This document shows, piece by piece, positions 55,501 through 64,000 of a stretch of DNA of 64,000 nucleotides. A program made the position numbers and the translations under genes. The notes beneath the pieces were generated by a model, which saw nothing but the letters and a program-made list of their open reading frames with translations, was not told the origin of the DNA and searched no databases. Origin of the DNA: Blasia pusilla. Taxonomy: Eukaryota. Within the stretch, counting starts at the first letter, position 1. Every line of letters starts with the position of its first letter. Location: NCBI GenBank assembly GCA_050084515.1, contig CM114271.1, positions 21,948,001 to 22,012,000 of the forward strand, in the 5' to 3' direction.

Positions 55501-58235
55501 CCGTTGCAGTGTATACACATTCTCAGGGAGCTGCGAGAGGTAATAGTGAGGTTCTGCTGGATGTTCACGCCGCCAAACAGCACCTTTCTCCACCTCCAGA
55601 ATCGGATGAATCTTCGTTGGTTGAAAATATTAATCCTAATATATTTTCGGGGGCTGGTGTGCATCAATGCAGTTTTAGCTCTGGCATTGTGTCTTTTACA
55701 CAATCGGGCTTCATTCGTATTGCACCACCTCCCTCTCTAGTATTGTTAGAAAAACTTGGAAATAAGCAGGTCTTAAAGGCGACAGGTGACAACCGTAAGA
55801 CAGGTGTAAACAGTCCGATGTCCCACAGAATCTCGCAAGAAGCAACCAGGTTTTTTCGTAGACTAGATGCCATGCAGAAAGCCAGGTGCGGTCCGCCAGA
55901 TCTGCATCAAAAGAGTGCATGGGATGCACAAGAGATTGGGCCTGGTTGTCCTGCACAATCTCTGCAGCACACAGTAGATTGCAAGACAGCAGTACCAAAT
56001 GACACGGTGATGCATGCCGTTGAAAGGAATGGCAAAATGACCATAGATGAGAAAACAGACACTGGGTCGGACATACGAATCTCCCGGCTTGCTGAGTTTG
56101 CTAGCCATGGTGTTGTTCCAACATCGCCATGTCTAGAGAACCTATCTTCCATCGTCTCACCACTGCCTTTGCCTGGAACCAATCGTGCCCATTTCACTTC
56201 ATGTCAGCCTAATAAGATGGTGGAAATCTCCCCTATCCACACCACTATACAACATCAAAACACTCCTAGAACCCCAGTAGGTCTTGTACCATCAGTAATT
56301 CCAGTGAAGACCGATGTACACAGTCAGGTTACGAGAACGGACATAAGTTTGAAGTTGAAAAAAACTCCAGTGTCGACTTTTCTCTGCCGCTTAGAAGTCA
56401 TGTCTCCTCCTCAACCAAAAGCGTTGAGTTTCACAGAAGACGAGCATATTACCTCGCCTCCTTCACATTCGAAGGATCTCGCTGAAGTAGAAGTTGTGGC
56501 TCAAGTCGCAATCAGCCCTTGCATTATTGGACAGAAGATCCAGCAATGTGGAAGTGCTTCTGAAACAGCCCCTGTACGAACGAAGAGCCGTAAGAGTATC
56601 AGTCAAGATTGGCAAGTTGGAAGCGAAGGATCTGCGTCTGTACAGAGACCCCGCAAGCTCAAGAGGCTCTGTAAGGCAGGTGAGAAGCGACCCAAATCTT
56701 CTCCCAAGCCATTGTTGAAGTGTGGGTCAGACGCGGATCGGAGTGGAAGCAAGCCTTCTCGACCGAAAACACGAATAGGTATGTCTGTTTTGACACGAAC
56801 ATTCTAATTTCATGAACAGCACTAGATTCCCATCTGTGAATTTTCCACTATTGGTGGGAATTATATTAATACTAGAGAATTCGCATCTTCACTCGACTAA
56901 TAGTTTGAGAAATTCGCTCCGAAACTAGAAGATACCATGATAGACCAAAGTTCAAGCCTTGATTGGATCTCTTTCTTTTCAGGAGAACAGCAGAGGAAGT
57001 TCATGGTCAGGAGATACGTCGACGAGGAAGCAGAGTTTGTATTTGCCCCCGGCTACTCGTAGTTTTTATAGATGTCTATTTTGGCAGAACTTCAGCTTCC
57101 ATCTTCAGTTTTAGCACAATGTGCCATATCGCTTCCGAGTATCTAGATGTTCTCCTGATCGAAGCACTCGCGGAGTCGGTTGTGCAGAGTTTCCTCGGAT
57201 GATGAATCCGACGACGACGATAGTGGAGAAGAGGACGAAGACGAAGAATCAGAGAGTTTTATTGACGTTGCAGCAACTCAACATCTGAACGGGACAGTGG
57301 ACATGATGACTGTTTATAGGTGAGATCTTGTCAGCTCAGCATATGCTTTTACGTTCCCAGGTGTCTTGTGAACGCTTCTACAATAATCGTAGTCCTATTC
57401 TCACTACGCAAGAAGTTTATCCTCTGCATCTCTACAACTCATGAGCCGAATCGCATCGAATCTCTGTTAATTTTACAGGCGATCCTTACTCACGCCATCA
57501 CCGTTGGGCAATCTCACTGCTCGACAGGGGCACCTGCTCCAGCCATATGCTGGAAGTTGCTCTGATACCACCCCAGAGGACGTTTCACTGTCAATTACTA
57601 GTGGGAGTAAACATCTGTCAGGGTCGGACTCCCCATCGTCTCCCCATACTTCCCTTTCTGCCGCAGCCAATGGCCACCCTGCCGGAAGGACAGCGATGAT
57701 TCATCGTGAAACTAGATTTGGTGGACATTGTTCGCATAATGTCGAGGTGGAGGATGTGCATCATCGCCCAACAGCTTCTAGTTCTCAGGTGGAAATTCTG
57801 GAGGATCAGAGGAAGCCTGAGTCGAGGAAACGTAAGCTGAGCTTCCCGATGAGTGGAGCCAATGTGGATTTGTCAGGGTCATCTCAGCAGAGTGAAGACT
57901 GTGAGGATGACTTACTTGATGGTATCGATTTGGACGCTTTGGAAGCAAAAGCATCTCGACCAGCAGATGTGTGGAAATCATCCCGTTTGAGTACACACTT
58001 CGAAGACGATCTGTTCGATGGTGTTGATCTTGATGCCTTAGAAGCCCAAGCAGCTCGAGTATCTCGTGTACGCAATGAACAAGTGATCATTACCAACCAC
58101 AATGAGCGTCAAGAGCAAGAACTGCACAATGTAGAGGCGTCCAAGAGCCAGGAGCTTCGAAAAGCTGCTGCCAGACTCCGGAAGGACGCTGTATTTAAGT
58201 TTTGCCCTTCTTTCGACCTTGGATTTGGGAAGTAG
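46578..58235 (+). CDS. FANCM: FANCM DEAH-box DNA helicase/translocase (plant type, no ERCC4 domain seen), about 21 coding exons
   Basis: Exon 46578-46604 (MSNNFNEDD) then [110 protein letters not shown]...[18 protein letters not shown]-terminal DLDALEAQA and PSFDLG. The start exon is inferred. Confidence 0.95.
53088..53867 (+). other. U12-type AT-AC intron in FANCM
   Basis: 5' site ATATCCTG, branch point GCCTTAAC (53849-53856), 3' AC at 53866-53867. Splicing gives the in-frame peptide GRV-V-VLACEG. Confidence 0.9.
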
Positions 58236-59722
58236 AAAACTGTGGAGAGCCGTTTGGAAAGTAGGGCTCTCCAGCTTTCGTTTCTCCTTTCATTGCACAG
58301 GGACGTTTGCAAATCGAGCTTACGACAATATGATGAAAACTGGTTCAGGTCCTGCTCATGAGCTCTACCTCTTTGCCCTGTCCCTCTGAGTTTCTTCCCC
58401 TCTTCTATTTTGTTTTCCTGCCAATCATGCATGAATTGAACCTGCCTTCCCTGTCATGAGAAGACAAAATCGAGTATAAGAAAAATTTTGAGTTAACCCT
58501 CTGTATTGTCGGCAGGTCGTGAACAGATATCTCCCTTGCCTCCGTGGTTTTCCAGTGACAAGAACAAAGGTTCAGGTCCTGCGAGGGAGCGCAGTGCGGT
58601 ACTTATAGTTCTTTCACTAGAAGCTATGCAATGATGAAGCCTCCATGATCTCTGAAGCCGACTTTCTGGTTGTGCCGGATCCACCAAAGGACCGCTTGAA
58701 TGCATCGCCCAATCCAACTACCATGTGAGAGCCACGCCAGTTTTACTACAGTTTGCTTGGTATAACTCGTCGACTCTGAATGTATTGCTATGACAATCTT
58801 ACAAAGTTGATTCCTAACCGTTCACTATAATTATTGTCTCGTGGAGGATCCAGCTATTGAAGGATGTGGCTCTATGTTGTGAATTTTGCACAGGAGACCA
58901 GTTAGTGAGTGACTGAAGGTTCCATCGACATCATCCATCGATTTAGATGTTTCCATGATCCTCTTTTTGTGGTTGAAGGGGGACCTGTTAGATATCAGCA
59001 TGTAGCTGATTACCAGCGACCTTCCTCTATTGACACCATGCCTAGCCACCTCCGCAGATATAATAGGACAGGCAGGTCATTCTTATGACTCACCTATTAT
59101 GTTTCAGTGAACAGGTGTCACTTGTTAGTGACTCAGCACTCCTGGACGTGAATTGCATTTTCTTCTGTTAGGACACGTTTTCTGTTGTAGGTAGGGCAAC
59201 ATAGAGGGCCCTGTGTATTTAAAGAGCAACTATGATCCGCTCTTTGCTGCAGATCACATTCCTTACAGATGCGTGCTGTTCTATTGCCTTGCTTGCTATT
59301 TCTTCTGCAATTAAAGGTCAGTCTAGAGTCCTGAATTGATCAACAGGACCGACTGCCCCTCCCCAAACGATCGGTCCCCAGCAAATAGTTTTTCAGTTCC
59401 GGGTGTTTGACATTCTCGTGGCTTCCTAAATGAAGTTTTGCTGTGAGCGCCACCCCACTGCAATGGTAATGGTATATCTAGAAAGGATTTCTCCTCTTTC
59501 TCCTCACTCCCACAGATCAGGTCCTTTAGGGAACATGGTCGCATGCACAATCTCTTGAACTAAAGGTTGATGTCGAAAACCACAGATAGAGCCGGCGGAA
59601 TCCCTGAGGATGTACAGAACGGTCTACTAAATCTTCCCCGCATCTGTATCACTCTCCGAGACGGATGCTCCAGGGCTTTAGCCTCTAATATTTAGCATAT
59701 ATTCTGACCTCCATAGATCTGC

Positions 59723-59791
59723 AGGCGTTATAGAGAGCTATTGGGCACTCAGTAGCTCTCTATAAGTGCCCAATAGCTCTCTATAACGCCT
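59723..59791. repeat. Perfect 27-bp inverted repeat with a 15-nt loop
   Basis: AGGCGTTATAGAGAGCTATTGGGCACT / AGTGCCCAATAGCTCTCTATAACGCCT. Confidence 0.9.
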
Positions 59792-62654
59792 TGAATCACA
59801 TGACGAGCCAATTGAGACCACTGAACTGATCATTGCCTCTTCATGAGAAGAGAAAATTATGCCCTCTTTATTACTTTGGAGGTTTGTTTGCGCAGGTCCT
59901 TGGAACAAGACGGTGGATGCTTTGTGCGTCAGCGTCATCGGCTAATTTGCAGTTCATGGCCACGTTTTTCTTACTCGAGTGTTGCCGCTGGCTAGATCGT
60001 CAGTTCATCACCGTTTCCTGAATTCACCCATAAATACAATGTCGGTAGAGTTGCTGATCCGAAGTTTGACTTCTGTGGATCTTCGCTTCAAGTTAGCAAT
60101 CATGCAGCAGTTGAGGCTAAATTGGGCCTCCAGATCTGGAAACATTTCTTTTCGAGGAAACACTCTATGGAGTGCGGTGTCTGGCGAATTATCCTGGATT
60201 TTCGTGCTCAACGAGTACAAGTTTCGGTGATCTGAGGACATGACCGCAATGGTGATTGAGATCTCGCCAGCTAATTAACTGATCGCTTGCACACTGTTAT
60301 CGTTTCTAGAGTCCTGATTGTTATCGTTTCGCATTTGGCAGTTTTAGCCGGCGATGGTGCCTACTGTCTTTGCCGGTTTGGTGTCGTTGTTACGGCACCT
60401 ACCACTCGGCCTACTCTGGTTCTTTCTTGACAAGAGCATGAGAGCCAATGATTTAATGGTCCACAAATACTACAAAATTGTGAATGAATACGCTCCCTAC
60501 AACTAGGCCGTTAATGGGTTCTTTCTCTGCACGTATATTCTCGTGTCACTCCTGCCGAATGCAAGTTATTTCGCTTAAAAAACAGTAAAAAATTTGCATT
60601 CTCTTTTAGGGACGTAATTATGGGAGAGAACCTTCCTTCCCATAATTGTGTCCCTAAAACAGAATGGATCCTAAACGGATTGGGCAAAAAAAAATTGTTT
60701 TGCATTGGTGTGGAGAACGTTCATTTCTTCCGATCAATACGAATTCTCCATTTACTAATTTGATAGTAAGAGATAGGAGCCTTGCTAAACGCGTGGGTTG
60801 ACGTTTTGTATAGTCTACGAACTTCGCCGGTGTCCAGCGATGTCACGAAAGTAAGCACTTCTAATTCCAGCCAGTTCCTTTCCCGTGTCCATCGCTTGTC
60901 GCCACACTCGCCAGAATGGTTACGGCACGCCGTTGTGACAAATCGATCTTTTGCAGAAGATCTCAGAATGTCCACTGAAATCGTGAATGGAGCGCTCGGC
61001 TATGACGACCGGGCCAACAACCCGGTCTTGAGTGCAAAAGGCTTGAAGGAAGGAAAGTTTCAGTGTAAAGAACGTTCGAAGCAGAGCGAGCAAGACGAGT
61101 TTAACGTAAAACCTGATCAGCATGATAACCTTCCATCTCACATGACGAATTGGGAAGTACAAATGCAGACGAAATTGGGATGTGCTCAGGTTACGCGAGC
61201 AGGATAGTGAGATGAGTAGATCACAGGAACCACTATTACTAGGCTGTACCATTTGAGGTGAATCTGGTTCCGCAATCGAAGTTGCCAACTCGGTCTCCCA
61301 GAGGTACTGTAACTAGTTTCAATGTCCAGACCCCTAAAAACGGTAATCCCACACTGTACACGCCAAATTACACAAGAGTCTCTGGGTGAATTGTATCTGA
61401 TAGCAGACTAGTATTCCTGCATCTGTCCACGACCATAGACGAAACCTACAAGATAGAACCACGAATTCGTTCAAATTAGTCATGCCCTAAAGGTAGTTAC
61501 CCCAACACTGACTTTGTTAGCTGAAGAGAACTTAAAGTGCCTCTATCTTTTTAGGATATCTCGAATTAGGCTCACCTACATCACACTTTTAGGATATGAT
61601 CTGTTCAAGGTCATAAATGCTCACCCTCATATACATTCTTCAATATGCACAACTTTTGGTGAGGACAGCAGCAGAGTGATCTGAAAGGTGGAAGAGGAGA
61701 ATGAGACCAAGTCATTTGCTTACGCCAACCTCCCAGGAAGGCAGGTGCTCAGTGATGTGAGCCATGGGTGATCAAGTTGTGACTGCCTAGAATCCTCCTT
61801 AGTATCTCATAGATAACAAGGAGAGTCACATCATGGTAGGCCTCTGATTTGCTGATTGCAGACAGATTGAAATCATGGATGGTTTGGCAGATGCTAGTTC
61901 TGACTTTGTACAATGAGATGCTTCTGCTGATCAATCTTTGTCTCACATCAATCGGCACCCACCATGAATTACTTGGACAGCCTAATGACATGAGTAATCT
62001 CCCTGAACCTGCCCTAAAATCTGTAACATGAAGTTGAAATTACGACATACTGGAAAAGTAGTGACGGGGGATATATCATAATGGACCGATGGAAATAGGC
62101 ATATAACAATGAAGGAGCTTCCAGATTGACAAAATTCTTCAGAGAAGAAACCTCAACACCTGTTAGAATACCCCAACAAACCACCGCAAGAGGACCTCTC
62201 CAACGTATGTTGATGCTTGAGACAGATCAAGGTAAAATCTCTAGAAGTTTGCGCCTTTGTTTGAAACCAATATCCAAGAGAATAAAATGCAATCAAGCAC
62301 GCTTGCATGCTCTGTAAGTAGGTCTGAACGGATCTCCAATAGCAATGATTGCATGCAATGGTTTTCCAAGGAGATGTTCAATTTTGACTGCTTCTAGTAG
62401 AAAATTCTAGTTTGCACAACAGGTACTCTAAGACATGCAAATATGACAACTTGGAAATGATGCATTATGGTCTGCAGCTAGCAAAATGATGACTCAGAAG
62501 AGAGCCCTAGTCCAATACAAGTGATGACCCAGCACTCATTTCATGGTTGCAACATGATGTTGGTCCAAAATTATATAAGGTGCTACTATTACAGGGGACA
62601 ATGGTCCTCATTACTCCAAAGAAAACCTCAAAATTCCCAACTTAGAAAACGAAT

Positions 62655-63781
62655 CTATCCATTCCAACCATTGCCAGTGGCCTGAACTGAAGATTTCCTC
62701 CTGTCATTACCTTTGGCCTGAAACTTCTTTTTTGCTGATGCTGTTGTACAAAGAATACACCGCATTCGAGGGGTACCAGACTCTTCTTCATCGTCATCTA
62801 CCCTCTGATCATAAATGCTGTCATATCCAAGACTTGCCTGCTCTTTTTTTTTGTTCCCATCGGTTCCGATGCTGGACGTAACATTGAGGCAGGTGACATG
62901 ATAGGCATGACTACAGAAAAATGCAACGACTGCAACATTTTGTAAAGCTACGGGATCCAGGCATATACAACATAGCCCACTTCCACTGATTGTTGAAGAG
63001 ATTCTTCCAGGTTTCGTGCCCCGATTTACACTACTTCCCACTCTCTGCATTACTGGAGGTGGCTGTCTGGTATTTTGGTTCTCCTCAGCTTTCACTGCAT
63101 TCTCAGTGCCTCCCACTCGGATTGCGTGTCGAGCTTCATCATAGTATCTCACAAGTAGGTCCACACAATCAGCCTGCAACATGAGGTCACAGAACCATCA
63201 ATCACCTTGAGAGACCCAAACTCAAACAAAAGCTGGGTATGGTTGTCCATATTTATTGTAGAGAAGGTCAAGGAATACCAAACTCTATGGGCCTGCCATG
63301 CCTGCATGATTTCTATTGTAAGTGTAGAAGATTCCCATGCACAGGCAAATGAGAGAAAGTCAATTCCACCATAATGATTTCAATCTCTACTGGCAGCTGA
63401 AGTTAGGAGGTGGATAAGAAGAAAAATGATGAAGCAGCAATGTGATGTGGCCAGAATCCACATTACTACCTTCAATATTTCATTGCATCCAATCCGAAGA
63501 GAAGTCTCGGTTCGATAGTCAGTAATGATCTTCACCAGGCGGTCCCTCAAACTGCAGTGGCCATTTCTGAAACAAATAAGTAACACCTTCTATTGCCAGT
63601 GGGTCTATAGCAATTCAAATCATTGATCAAAGTACCATCAGAATAGATCTATCTGACCCTCAACAAAAAAATATCCCATCTTCCAAGCATCATACCGTGG
63701 AATAGGCAGCCCCCCAGGAACTTTGTGGAGAAGATGTAATGGGTCAATATTCCCCACAGTATGCTCAAGCAGCGCACCAAC
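62655..63781 (-). CDS. VPS41: Vacuolar protein sorting 41 (HOPS subunit), last three exons; the gene continues beyond the window
   Basis: VGALLEHTVGNIDPL...PR (63781-~63696); LRDRLVKIITDYRTETSLRIGCNEILK (~63551-63470); ADCVDLLVRYYDEARHA...RING-H2 CCIC...FFCSHAYHVTC...RCILC (63173-62655). Confidence 0.9.
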
Positions 63782-64000
63782 CTGTGAGTACAGCAGGAGA
63801 AACTAAGTCAGATGAAGAGCCCAGAGTAAATGGAGCAGTATGAAGTTAGAAGTTCAGCGCGATATTTCCAAGGTCCAGTATAGGGAAGGAAATACGAGCA
63901 GTCGTTTCGGAAGCAATCAATGAGGGGAGAATGAGAGGAGGGAAGATACAGAGAATTCGTCTTGGAGATCTAAGATGCTAAGAAGCTGGACTAACAATGT

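Noticed and set aside
55509-56807. 432-aa ORF as a separate gene
   Set aside because: Bounded by splice sites and lies between FANCM exons; it is a large internal FANCM exon.
60782-61207. 141-aa ORF between FANCM and VPS41
   Set aside because: Non-ATG start and no recognisable motif; not supportable as a gene.

Overview
Eukaryotic land-plant genomic DNA with spliceosomal introns; the gene and transposon content looks bryophyte-like, but the taxon is inferred. Two transposon graveyards (about 1-19.4 kb and 31-45.8 kb) alternate with four host genes: TAP46 (+), CDC5 (-, with an unusual 15-aa repeat tail), FANCM (+, containing a U12 AT-AC intron) and the 3' end of VPS41 (-). The most striking object is a Ty3/gypsy LTR retrotransposon at 7699-15443, nested in a Ty1/copia gag. 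Its pol region carries a C5 cytosine DNA methyltransferase domain upstream of RT and a PHD finger at the end of integrase, a potential epigenetic writer plus reader. This copy is internally deleted and carries a solo-LTR insertion. A second solo LTR at 18054-18652 allows its LTR to be reconstructed. Also present are copia relics, a hAT transposase pseudogene, three copies of a hAT-type MITE, a decayed Helitron with tandem mini-Helitrons, and LINE remnants. All calls come from reading the sequence and ORF track; no searches were run.
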